Origin: Camelus ferus
Lineage: Eukaryota
DNA: 64,000 nucleotides
Reading direction: 5' to 3'
Assembly: GCF_009834535.1 (NCBI RefSeq)
Contig: NC_045697.1
Location: 69,504,001 to 69,568,000, forward strand
Both the position numbers and the translations under genes were made by a program. The notes below the pieces were generated by a model. The model saw only the letters and a list, made by a program, of their open reading frames with translations. It was not told the DNA's origin and made no database searches. Of the stretch, positions 39,433 to 52,300 are shown piece by piece. Numbering within the stretch: the stretch's first letter is position 1; the number at the start of each line of letters is the position of its first letter.

Positions 39433-41444
39433 AACTTACAATATCCCTGACCAGTACTCCTCAAATCTGTACATCAGACACAAAGAGAGTGTAAGAAATT
39501 ATCAAAATCAAGAGGAGCCTAAGGAGACATGACAACTAAATGTAATGTGGTATTCTGGATGGGATCCTGGAACAGAAAAAAGATATTAGGTAAAAACTAA
39601 GAAAATCTGTATAAACTATGGCTTCAGTAATAATAATGTATCAATACCAGTTCATTAATTATACCAAATTATTACCACACCAATGCAAAATGTTAATAGG
39701 AAAATTGCGTGTGATGGGAGGAGGGGAGTAATATGGAACTTTCTATACTACATGTTCATTTTTTCTGTAAATCTTAATTAAAAAGGAAAAAAAAGCCAAC
39801 AGTGCAACTCACATACATGTATCCATGGAGATGGTTGGTGGTGTTGGTTACAAAATGTGAACATACTTGCCACAGAACTGTACAATTAAAAATGGTTAAA
39901 ATGATAAATAAAAAAATAAAAACCATAAGGCTACAGATCTTTTTCAATTTTATTGTAATGAAAATTTATTTGCCAAGGAAAGAGGATGGAATATATTTTA
40001 AGTTTGTTATCTTGATTCAAATAGTATGTAGACACAATTTATAATCTATTCAAGTTTCCTTTAACATGTAGAAAGAAACAAAAAGATCATTTCAGATATG
40101 CAAGGCTGAGAAAATATACCATCCATGAATCCTTCTTGAAAAAGTTGCATAAAGACATCTAACAAATGACCTTAAGAGCTCAAGATCGGGAGATCTCTGG
40201 CAGTGTAAATGCATTCCTACTGCTCAGTTCTCTCAACTCCAGCTCAAATGCCAACTACTTCCCCTAAGTAGGCAGGAAGAGAGTATACGATAAACCTCAA
40301 GTTCTGCTTAGATCTCTTCCAAAGAGTGAGTGAACTTGGGTTTTCCCTTTTAGGCCAAATGAAACTTCGGGGCCCTGCAGAAAGAGTAAGAGCTCTAAGG
40401 TGAGGATTGAAAAGTCACTGATATCATACATGATAAATGATATCATATCAGATCTCATTCCTTTTCACATGTCTGGCCCTTAGGGATAAGTGGGGAACCG
40501 ATTGACTGACAGAATTTGAGGAGTCAAGGGGGCAGAGAGTTCTCAGTAGCGGATACACAACCTTCTGGCTTGAGTGCCAGCGGGCTGCAAGACAGTGCCT
40601 CTCAGAACTAGTGGAGTTGCACTGGAGCAAGGGTGGAGCCCTGTGGAGGCAAAGGAAAATGCCAAGGCCCCAGTTCTAGCAGCCAGAGTGAGGAAGAACA
40701 AGCAGAACACCGAGAACGGAGATTACCTCCTGAAACAGAGCTACACTGAAGGGCAAAGAAGCCATCTTAAACATACAAAATGAAAGTGCTTAAGGAAATC
40801 TGATTCTAAATCACAAACCATGGATTTAAATTTTTTTAATTAACTAGATAAATCAAAGTGGAGAAAGGTCACTTTTAGACCCTGATTAATTAAAGGTCAA
40901 GTCAGAGACCTATCTCACAACTTTAAGCAAGTATTGAAAAGAATGGGACTCAAGAGAAAAGATGACTACTGACCTGGACAGATCCAAGGGCATCTCTCAT
41001 AAAAAAATCACAGAATTCCAGGAGAAATTAACTAAATACAGATGAAGGAAAGGCAATTACTAAACAAATCAATAAAAGAAAATGTAAGTGTGTAGATCGA
41101 AGTGGCTAGGAGCCCCAGTTAGGATAGTTTGAGAAAATACACACACCTAAATTAGCTTCATAAAATTATTATTTCAAGGATAAAATCATACAAGCTTCTA
41201 GACTAAAAGAAAAGATTGAGAGAGAGAAAAAGAATCATTTTCCCATCCCACCCCCAAAAAGATCAGTACTGGATTTCTTTTTTTTAATCTCTAACAAGAC
41301 AAGGTAAAATTAGTTTAGCTTCTTTCTTAATCAAGTTTGAGCCTTTTCTTGAGTATTTTGTTAAGATAGTGTAGATGGCTGGTATAGTCTCTGAATATTT
41401 CTCTATCTGGAATTTTTTTTTCCACTTAGAAAGTGAAAGATGAC

Positions 41445-41640
41445 ACTTGTATAATACATAGCATGCCAGGCACTGTTCTAAGCATTTTAAAAGTATTAAC
41501 TCTTAATCCTCATAATAACCCCATGAGGTAGATGCTGTTATAATCCTTATTTTACAGATGACGAATGAAAGCATAGAGTTTAAAAACTTACCCAAAGTCA
41601 CAGGCTGGTAAGTGGCAAAACCTTTTCTCTACTAATATCC
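41445..41640 (-). mobile_element. MIR SINE
   Basis: tgccaggcactgttctaagcatttt...ttaatcctcataataaccccatgaggtag...ttttacagatga. Confidence 0.85.
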
Positions 41641-43036
41641 GCCAGTGTGCAATATAACTTTAAAAGCCATAAAGCAGAATAGAGTGACACATTATAGAAA
41701 AGGCAACTCATGCACATACAATGGTCATAAATCTGTAACACTAACAACATATGGTTTTCAAAGAAATTCACAATTTGTGATTGAGAAAAAAACATCCTAA
41801 CTCAAGTCACTAAATGGTATACTTGTAAAAGCATTTATAGTGCAAAACAAATAATCTCAGAAAACAATAGTAGAAATAACTTGACTATGGATATATGCAG
41901 AAGAGTAAATACTAAAAGGCAGAATTGTCAATCCAGAAACACACGTGAAAAGTTTCAAAACTGTTATACAGAGAAATATCAAGTAACAATGACATACTAC
42001 TTTACATCTGTCAGATTGTTAAGAATAACAGCCTCAGTTAACACTACCAGTCTTTACCGTGGCTGAGAAAGCCTACTGACCTCATTTCTTTCCACTTTTC
42101 TCCTATCACTCAGACACACCGTCCAGCTAGTGATCTTCAAATGTAAGACACCGTCCCCTCTGCCTAAAACACTTTCTCCTTAGATATCATGGCTTACTCC
42201 TTCCCTTAAACAGGTCTTTGCCCAAAAGTCAACTGCTCAGAAATTTGCCCTGATCACCCAGTCTAATACAGAATCTCCCTCCCACAGTGCTCCCTCTGCT
42301 TACCCTACTCTATTTTTCCTTACAACACTTGCAAGTTACCTGTTGTAATGGATTGTTTTATTGTATTTGTGCAGAATTTGTTAGATCGTATTCATTTTGT
42401 TGTATTTGTTTACTGCCTATCTCTGTCAGTAGACTCGAAACTCCATGGGTGCAAAAACTTCTTCATTCTAACATCTAGAATAGTGCCAGACATATGGCAG
42501 AGATATTCAGTATTTGTTGATGCAATGGACAAATACACAATGAGCAAACAACTACCACTAGTAAAGGTACTAAGAAAATGGAACTCTTTTACACGTTTGT
42601 GGGTGATACGTGGATTTATAACATTTTCAAACTTACGTAAAATTATGCATGTGTATGACAACACTTCCTTTAACACAGCATTGGGTCACCATTCCCATAA
42701 TCTAAATAAAGCCCTAAAACATAAGGACATATGCATAGGAAGGATATTTGTAATGGTACTACTTGCAGAGGAAAAAACTAGAAACAAGATAGAATGCTCA
42801 TCAATAAAGATATGGTTGGATAAAACATGGTACATACACAGCAAAAACTGCACAGGCTTTAAAATAACTGAAAGTAGATCTGTGCCTATTAACATAGAAT
42901 TTATACTAAATAGTAAACAAGAAAAGCAAGATGCAGATAAATGTACATAATGTGAACCCATTTTATAAAACAATGACAAACCTCTACTCTATCTGTGTAT
43001 ATACATAAGCATAGTAAAGAGTGAAGTAACAGATTT

Positions 43037-43159
43037 GGGGGGGGCATGGAATTATGTTTATTTTATTTATTTTAAAGGCAATACTGGGGTTTGAGCCCAG
43101 GACCTCGTGCATGTTAAGCATGCACTCTACCACTGAGCTACACTCTCCACTCTCCCCCC
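43037..43159 (-). mobile_element. Vic-1-like SINE
   Basis: Reverse tRNA-like head. TSD gtaacagattt at 43026-36 and 43162-72. Confidence 0.9.
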
Positions 43160-43294
43160 AGGTAACAGATTTTTAGTAATGATTATGTGGGGTTTGCTTA
43201 TGGAAAGGAAAACAGTTTTCTTTTGAAAAATGTCCACACCAAAATAAACACCAGACATAGCTGTTTTATGTACAATTACAAGTGTGACAGATAC

Positions 43295-43805
43295 TGTCAG
43301 CTGTCTATCCAATAGCCATCCTCTATCATCCTTTCTCACTATCAAAGTCTACCTCTCAATGCAGAGGCAGAAAATGCCAGAGGCACTCTTTCCCAGTCTG
43401 CGCTGCAGCTGAGGCATGACCATGTAATCTGCCCGATGGAAAGTAAAAATCTGCCCGATGGAAAGTAAAAATCTGCTAGGGTCTCCTCGGAAAGATTTCT
43501 TTTCTCCTTGAAAAGAGAGACACAAGGAAAAGCAGGTTATTTCTTTATTTCTTGCTTTCGAACAGAGTTATCTGAGGAAGTTATGGCTGGAGCTGTGAGA
43601 GCCGTCTTGTGACTATGAGAGGAAAGCCAAGGAAATCAAGAGATGCCAGTCCAAAGCCCTGGCTTTGCTAAACTGTTGTAAACCCTGTAACCTTCAACCT
43701 CTTGTCTTCATATTACATGTTATATATTTAATTAATAAACCTCTATTGTTGATATTACTTTTGGTCAAATATTTGGGGCAACTGCAGCCCAACACCTTAA
43801 CTAGT
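43295..43805 (+). mobile_element. MaLR MLT1 LTR containing a 22-bp tandem duplication
   Basis: ttcccagtctgcgctgcagctgaggcatgaccatgt...tggctggagctgtgagagccgtcttgtgactatgag. Confidence 0.7.
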
Positions 43806-45399
43806 CCTGTGTTTTGTGGATATTATGAATACATGAGAATCTGACCACCAACATATTAACAGTTCTCATGCTTTTATAAATTGTATTTTTAATGAACAAA
43901 TACCATTTATATGGTCAAATAAAAATAATAAAGCTAATTTCATTATTTTTGAAAATGATGACTTCAGGGTCAGGCAGTAAATAAGACAAAGTAGTTACAA
44001 ATATAAATACTGTAAGTGTGGTCATAAAACAATGTAAACTGTTGAAAGTACTACTCATTGAAAATATGGACAGTGTAAAAAAAGTTTTAATAATAATCTA
44101 GCCTCTAAAAAGACTGAAAATAGTAAAAGTTTGAGGATTTTGTTAAATAAGAAGAGCTAAAAATATTACATCATGGACTAGTTAACATTGATGAAGAATA
44201 TAAGAAGAATGCTATGCAAACTTAAAATATCCATTAAAAGAATCAAAAATAAAATGCACATTTCAGAAAGAAAAAAGCAAAGAAAATAGTTTAAAGCAAA
44301 ACACTGAAAAAGGAGCAACCTAACATTTTAAGAAACTAAAAAGATGATTATCACCCCAAAGATATAAATTATAACAATAGGTTAGTCTTCTGTATTAAAG
44401 ACAGGCAAACTCAGAAAGGATTAAAGAGGCCAAAATCTGGTTTCAAACTGAAAACAACAGACAGAGGATAAATTTACCTTTCTTCCTTCCCATAATCATA
44501 ACAAAATAACAGTGAAGAGGAATACCGACTTCTGATGTGAAATTGTGTGAAGCAGCATCTTTCCCTTTCTCCTCCTGGAAACTGGGCAAAAACAGTAATA
44601 CAGGCAGGAGGGAAACTTTGTGGTGTTCCTCAGTGAAACAGGATAATCCAGAGACACCGAAACATAGATAAGTACAGCCAGAAGCACCTAAGATTGTGTA
44701 AACAGGGATGGCACAGTGGTGGCAGATAGCAGAGAGCGCCAGGAATATACACCTGCACCCAAAAATGCATGTCCTTCTTTATGACAACAGTGCAAGAACT
44801 AAAGCGAGGGCTGTCACAGGCAAAGGGGAATGGAAAGCTTAGATGGCATCAAGAAGGCCCAGCACTAGAAAATGTGAGAAATGCCAGAAGAGTACATTTA
44901 CATTGTAGTTCACTAACCTTTTAATATGGGTACATCAAAGACTCCATCAGAAATAAAGTGAAAAAACAGCAAAACTGACCAACAGATGAAGAGTACTCCT
45001 CGAGAGAATATGAAAAATTACAGTAACAAAGAATAAAATGGTTATTTTCTTCAGGCTATTCTGCTAGCAACTGAAATCCAACTAACTTAAGGGTGGAGGT
45101 TATTTGCTCACAGAATGTAGAAATTATCAAATGAAAAGTAGAAAGAGTAGGGAAACAGATGGGCTTCAGTTACAACTGGAACCAGGAACCCCCAAAACAC
45201 CAGTTCTCACTCTCCTTACTGATTCTGGGGCATGTACACACACGCACGCATGCACACCCACACATTTATCTTGGGAAAGGACTACAAATGTGGCCAAGGT
45301 GAAGTTTTATAAGAACAGGGAAGCAATTTTCAATCCTGGCTACACATTTAATTACCTGGTTACTACCTGAGGAGCTGTCAAAAATACTAGAATGGAAAA

Positions 45400-47980
45400 A
45401 CTTGGTAATAAAATGGGTAAAAGATATGACACAACATACACACAAAGCCTAAAAAATATATTCAACACCACTCAAAATAAAGAACATAAAAACTACCAAA
45501 ATACCATTTCTCCTCTTTCCACTCGCAAATACTATATAAGTAGTAACAACACATTCTGTTGGTGAGGCCCTGGGGAAACAAGCGCACACACACTGCAGGT
45601 GGTAATGCACAGATGCAAACCTTAAGGAAGGGACTAACAAAACTACATATATACCTACCTTTTAACCAAACAATCCCATTTCCGGGAGTTTAATCTGAAG
45701 ATCCATGAAAATTGAACTACAAGATTATTCATTGCAGCACTGTTTGTAACTACATATATTGGAAAGCATTTGGTTATATGTAACTAAGTGGTTGAATAAA
45801 CTATGGGACAATGAAGTACGCTTTAGCTGTAAAAATCTCTGTGGACTGAAGTGGAACAACTTCCAGCATACATTGTCAGGCAAAGTAAACAGTGCAAAAG
45901 ATATCTATAATGTTACTCTTTGCGTAAGAAGAGTACGTAAGAAAACAAACATGTATCTACTCCTTTACGCAGAAGAAATAAAGGAAAGATAACCAGGATT
46001 CGCATGAATTTGGTTACCTATATGAGAAAGGTTGGAACGGGGTAGAAAGGACAGAAAGAATTAGGGGAAGAGAAGGATGTAATTTTTCTGAGTCTAACTT
46101 TATAAACCATTCTAACTTTTGGAACTATGCTAATGTTTTATACTTGCAAGGAAGAAGAAAGGGAAGGGAGATGGGGAAGAGAGAAGGGGGAGGGGTAAAG
46201 GGAGAGAGGAAAAAAGGGAAAGGAAGAAGGGAAGAGAAAAAAAGGAAATGAAAGGGAGAAGGGAGGAGAGGAAACAAGATGTGATGGGGGCAGGGAGTCC
46301 TAAAATGGAATTCAAACAGAAACAAATGAGCAAAATATTTCAAATGATAACATAGCTACACCAAAGGAAAGGATTGGTAGGAGAGAGAAATGAAGATTTG
46401 AACAGTGTTTGAACTAATGCCCTAAATCTAGAGATAAAAATGAACGCTAAACATATCTCAAATTCTTAGAGTTCCTTTTTGCAAAGGCATAGGCTAGCAA
46501 TTATGAAACTATTTTGTTTATTCTAGGATTGAATAATGTATTGGGGATGATATCCTGCTTCCTCATTGTACACAGAAAAGAATTACATATATGGGAAGAG
46601 AGAACAGAAAGATGGCTGTTCTGGGTTGGAATTAGAGATACCAGTGTGAAATAATCATGGATTTAAGGGGGCATGTGTGTGTGTCTGTATATATGAATAT
46701 GATTAAAGAAAGAGAGATATGTGGTTATGTATACATACAAACTTCTATCTCCTAGCTCTGTCTCCTGTGAGAACTTGCAAGCAACGACACCCTGGTAATA
46801 ATGAGTATACCAACTGCCCAGATCTTGGTTACCAAAGTACATTGTCTAAAGGAATCAGGGCTCCATGGAGATATCACGAATTTCAGGGCTGAAGCAGAGA
46901 AAGTACAAGGTGAGTCAAGAGAAGCCTGGGGACATCCTTCTGCAACCAAAAGAAAATTCCACTCAATGATGCGAGCACGTCAAAAGATAAGGAGCCAGCT
47001 TGATGGGGGTCCCACTGGCTGAATCTAGGGCATGAACATCAAAATAACTATAGTAAAGGATTATCTACTGAATAAAATAGAAACCTCTACTCTGCACTGA
47101 AATTAACTAATTACTTAACGGGAATCTCTTTCTTACAACAGGAAACCAACTAATAGATACAGAATGACAATGGAAGTAGGAAAAAAAAATTTGGCAATCA
47201 TCATAACTGAAGGCACAAGACCATCAATGGGTACTAAAACTTTTTGGTTAATATTTGTGGACAAACAAGAAGTTCCACTAAAAGATATGTAACTGCTACA
47301 AAGGAAAAATTAGTAAGTTTATATTGGAGACAACCACAGAAATCACCTTAATCAAGTGATCAAAGTTATCACCAGTAATGGAACAAACTGATATCATGGG
47401 CTCCCTGATATGATGCCCCGACTTCTGTTGTATACTTGCCAAGTTTGTAACCTGATTCTGACCATGAAGAAACATTATTGAAACCCACACTGAGAAATAT
47501 TCTACAAAATAACTGGCATATGCTCTTTAAAAATGTTAATGTCCTTAAACATAAAGGAGGGCTGAGAATCTGTTCTAAATTAAGGAGACTAAAGGGGTAT
47601 GACAACAGAATGCAATGTATGAACGGAGGCTTTCATCTGCTAACAAATAAATTATTGGCAGATGGTAAAATCTGAATATAATTTATAGATTATATTACTG
47701 TACCAATGTGAACGTCTGATTTGATCATTGTATTATGGTTATATAAGAGAATGTCCTTTTAGAAAGCATACACTAAATATTTTAGGGAACACACCCTGAA
47801 GTGTTTAAGGCAGAGGAGGACATCAGCTTATTCTCAAATAGTTCAGAAAAAATTTAGAATAAATAGGATAAAATGCTAACATTTGATGAATCTGGGTGAT
47901 GGGTGTATGGAAATTCTTTGTGCTACTCTTAAAATTTTCTGTAATTTTGAAATTATGTCAACTAAAAAGCTTTAAAAATG
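45400..47980 (+). mobile_element. ancient L1 (L1MC/MD-type) ORF2 end and long 3'UTR
   Basis: gattattcattgcagcactgtttgtaac; caccttaatcaagtgatcaaagtt; aattttctgtaattttgaaattatgtcaactaaaa. Confidence 0.8.
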
Positions 47981-48761
47981 CTTATCTGGAGTTCACATAT
48001 GATAACTCTTATAGGTCTTAAGTGAAATCCAAGAGCTTGACCTAAGTCTATAAGGATCTCAGGGAGTAAGGAGAATCAACAGCTCGTAGAAAAAAGTGGT
48101 TCAGGGCAGGTGACATCAGTGATACCTACTGCAATGGAAAAATACTAATAATTTCTCTGTACGATAAAGCACAATTAACAATGGAAACTTATCTTTTAGC
48201 ATCTAATAACTTTGTGTTGAATTGTATAAAGCAAAAACTGTTACAAATACATGGAGAAAATAAAACATATCTACAAATCCAACAGAGCAAAAGCTTCATT
48301 AGGTGAGAAATTTTTGTTCCGCTTTATTAGTGTAAATTAGCCTGGCACATAGTAAACATTTAATAATAAATGTATTTTCACATATTTACATAATATAAAC
48401 TCAAGATTATAATCATTGGGGTGGAACCATGTCTATTCTGTTCTCCTGTCTATTCAGCACTTAGAAGTGGCTGGCACATAATAGATGCTTAAGGATTATT
48501 TGCTGAATGACTAAATACTGAGTCTTGTGGGAGACTGAGTGGTAAGAAACACCTTTAACAGATTAGAATCCCAGTAAGATATTAAAAAAAAAAACTAACG
48601 TGCATGTTCCCTCCACCTTCTAATTTGCAACTTAATCAGTTGATACCACACGTGAGTAAGATAAATACAAGCTCTCTCTTTATATGAAGTATTTGTGTTA
48701 TTGCAGATGACGTGGTTTATACTCGCAAAAATTGTGTGACCTTAAATAGGTAACTAGTCTT

Positions 48762-48890
48762 ATTTTTTATTAAGTTTTTTTTTAAGGGAGAAGTTGATAC
48801 ACTTATTTTGGAGGAGGTACTGGGGATTGAACGCAGGACCTCATGCATGCTAAGCATGCGCTCCTACCGCCTAAGCTGTAACCTCCCCCC
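48762..48890 (-). mobile_element. Vic-1-like SINE
   Basis: Reverse tRNA-like head. Degenerate TSD taggtaactagtctt / taggtaatgagtttt. Confidence 0.9.
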
Positions 48891-49669
48891 TTAGGTAATG
48901 AGTTTTGCAATGTAATTATTGTGCCCCCCACCCTGCAAAATCCCATATTCCACAAAGTACCGATCAGCATAAAACCAGCATTACCACTTTGGGCAAAGTC
49001 TTAACTGTTTAACTAAGAGTTAATAGTGCCATGTGGCAAGATAACTCATTCAGTTATCTGGGAATTTTTGTATTTATGTTAGAGTCTAATTAAGTTAAGT
49101 CAACCAAGTGTAAACAAACAATGGAGGCTTAAGAGAGACTGTTTCATGGCCAATGTGGCCCAACGGGTATAAACTCACATTAATAAGCTCACATTACCAG
49201 GGATACCTTTTACGGCATTTTTTCAAACTGCACGTTGTGACTGACTAGATGAAAAGGACCAAGACCAAAGATTTAAAAAGAAATAGATAAGCATAAAAAA
49301 ATTCTCAAAATGCATTCATTCCCTATGGTACAGCTGAGTACAGCTGAGTGAAACTTTTGTTTTGGTATACATACATAAACAGAGCCAAGATACAAAATGT
49401 ATTCTTGTTGTAGGCTGCAGTAATAAATACATTAAAAAATGCTGTTTTTATGTTTTAGAACTCTTTCAGTAGAGCCTACCCATCTCTGCAGATTTTGTGA
49501 CATTTCATTCAGGTACATGTCTTTAACCGACTGTCAAACTGTCACAAAAAGAATGCAAAACTCTGATCCTAAAGCATATGAATGCACACACAACTAGTTC
49601 TTCAGATACTTGTCCAAAAGTGAAACTCATTGCTATTTGAAACTTACTAAAATCTCACTTGAGAAACTA

Positions 49670-50615
49670 TAGAGCACAGCTGTCTAACAGAACCTTCTGC
49701 AATGATAAAATGTCCAGTATCTGAGCTATTGTTTTGGACATTACAGATACAGATTGTTAAGCCTAGTGTGGTCAGTGGACCACAATAATCATCACAGGAA
49801 TCACGTAGGAGCTTCTTATAAATGCAGAATTACAGGCCTGACTCCAGGCATAATGAATCAGATTGACCAGCTGATTCACATGCACAATGAAATATGAAAA
49901 GCACCAATCTAAAGGACTGGTTCTCAAGGGACACAGTACCACTGACTACTACCATAACCAGGAGAAATTTATAGGACACTTGATTATAACAGTTATAGGT
50001 GGAGTACTCCCAGCATTATTAGGGATAAGCAATATATAGATACACATACCGAAGAGCTAGTATCACAAACAACATTCAAATATCCTGCCAGATATTTACG
50101 TAATTTTCTTAAAAATCTGTAATATTGAAATCTTGAATCTAGCTGTATTACCTAACTTTATCTAACACTTAGTTTTTTCAGTTTCAACATACTCTGAATT
50201 TACCCGAAATATCTAAGTTGAAAATATATATACTTTTTGTCCAGAGCTCAGTCCTAAGTATTATTCACCATTTCAGAGAAATTTAATACCTTGCATTTAG
50301 TTGTCTAAATGTTATTAGATATGGGTTCAATTGTCTAAATTGTTGTTATATATGGGTTCAATTACCTGACTACTTTCATTATATAGTTAACTTTTGGTCT
50401 AAAATTTTACTAAAAACTACTTCCCTCTAATTTCCCCTGTTATTATTCTATTGTTATTTCTATTATTCTCTAGTTAGCTAATTAACTTTTTAAAAACAAG
50501 CGGTAAGCAAGTTATATTGCCTGTAAATTTCATTTTAAGATGATAGGAGTATGCAATGACACGTTTGCTTTTACATAAGCAGTGAGGTGTTGGACAGATT
50601 TAAGAACCACTGGTT
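49670..50615. mobile_element. cluster of hAT-Charlie elements (MER3-like, MER5A-like and a longer Charlie-type remnant)
   Basis: ctgtctaacagaaccttctgcaatgata; ggagcttcttataaatgcagaat; termini ctggttctcaa...taagaaccactgg. Confidence 0.65.
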
Positions 50616-51049
50616 TAAGGATTTATGCAGCCATTATCATACCTGTAGAGTAGGGGCCCTTAATACAAGAATACAAGGTTACTCAGCCTAGAGAACCCAT
50701 TGAGTGGCTTCAGGAGAACAACAGAAATCCTAAACAGTACATACAATTATATATATAGCTACCCTGGAGGTTAACACAAAACTTTGTTCCATCAAAAGCT
50801 GTTAGATTAAGCACCATTACATTATAAGCTGAGACTGGATACACTGGGCTGGATCTCAAAATGTGGTCAAGCCCTGCACCCAATTACATTTATGGAACTA
50901 CAGTTTGCATCACTTCATCAGCCTATATTAGCTATTAAAAAAAATCCCATAAAAGTCAGTATTACTATAGAATGTCAGCTACTGCATTCATTATGCACAG
51001 TACAGGTACTGTTTTACAGAGACCCATGGAAGAAGACCAACACTCTTTT

Positions 51050-51255
51050 CACATCTGCTCTGCACCAAGCACTGCACTGCACTCTGACACACATGGCCTC
51101 ATTTAAGTCTCACAGCTGCCCTCTGACACAGGTTTCACTCCTTGTTTCATAGATGAGAAAACTGGATTTGAGAGCTCAACTAAATGACTAAACTTAAACA
51201 TTGACTAGATGGCAGAACTAGAATCTGAACTGAGGCTGTCTGACCCCAAAGCATG
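51050..51255 (-). mobile_element. MIR SINE
   Basis: tcatttaagtctcacag...tttcatagatgagaaaactgga...ctgtctgaccccaaagc. Confidence 0.75.
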
Positions 51256-52086
51256 CGTGTGTGCTTTTCTGGAGCAGGTTGCTGTTTTTTCTTTAACCTT
51301 AGTGTGGAGTAGCTACTGAATCCTGTCTTCCTTTGGTATAGCCTGCTGGATACTTACAACAAAAACTGTGTCCCACAAAAGGCAGTTGCCCAAGCACAAT
51401 ATTAACATCTTTGAATGCTTCTCCATTTTATTTGGTTACTAGAATGGGCTTTATGGAATGCATTTTGCACACTAACCTCACGTTTGGCTTAGTCTTTTCT
51501 CACATTTTCCCCCATCTTCATTTTTTTTAACTTCCTATAATAAAGTAAGAAACAAACAAAGGCATATCACATGCTGCTTTACATAGTACAGGAAATATAT
51601 TATTAAAGTAGTCCTTCAGAGTGAGTACAAGCTTTGTTGGATGATTTAGAAAACACTTTGCAATCATTTTTATTAAAAACACCAAGTATCACTTTGAGAA
51701 TAAGTATATAGCTCCAGTATTTTTAGGTAGAGAACTCTCGTTACCTTGACTGCTTCCTAAAGAGTAGTAAAAGAAGTCTTAACATGCAGGTGCACAATGA
51801 GCATTTGAAGCCACGGGCAAAAAGCAGAGAGGTCAGTTGAGATGTCTTTTAGCATAAGAACCCAGACAGTACCAGGTACAATCAGAAGAAACTGCAGTGG
51901 ACTCAGACATTGTCTAAGTAGAGGGGAGAGAAAATAAATGATGATGCAAATCACACTGTTGACTGAACTGATAATAAAGCCATCAGGTGGTAAAGGCGTT
52001 AAGGGCTTGCTGAAAGTGAAAAGGAAATGAAAAGAGGGTAAGAATATTTGGTTTTTGTCAATATCATCACTACAAAACATTTAGAG

Positions 52087-52300
52087 TAAAGGTCAGCAAA
52101 CTTCTTCTACAAAGGTCCAAGTAGTACTTGTTACACTTTGCAGGCTTGTCTGTCACTAGTCAACTCCACCTTCATAGCACAAAAAACATCATAGACATAT
52201 GTGAACAAATGGATGAGGTCATATTTAAAAAAAAAAAAAAGATTTACAAAACAGAATGCAGGCCAAATACGACCTATGAGCTGTAGTTTGCTGACCCGAC
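52087..52300. mobile_element. MER58A hAT MITE within an L2 remnant
   Basis: aaaggtcagcaaact...gctgtagtttgctgaccc inverted termini. Confidence 0.85.

Noticed and set aside
42348..42950. Longest ORF (200 aa)
   Set aside because: It spans unrelated L2 and L1 remnants and has no recognisable domain or exon structure.
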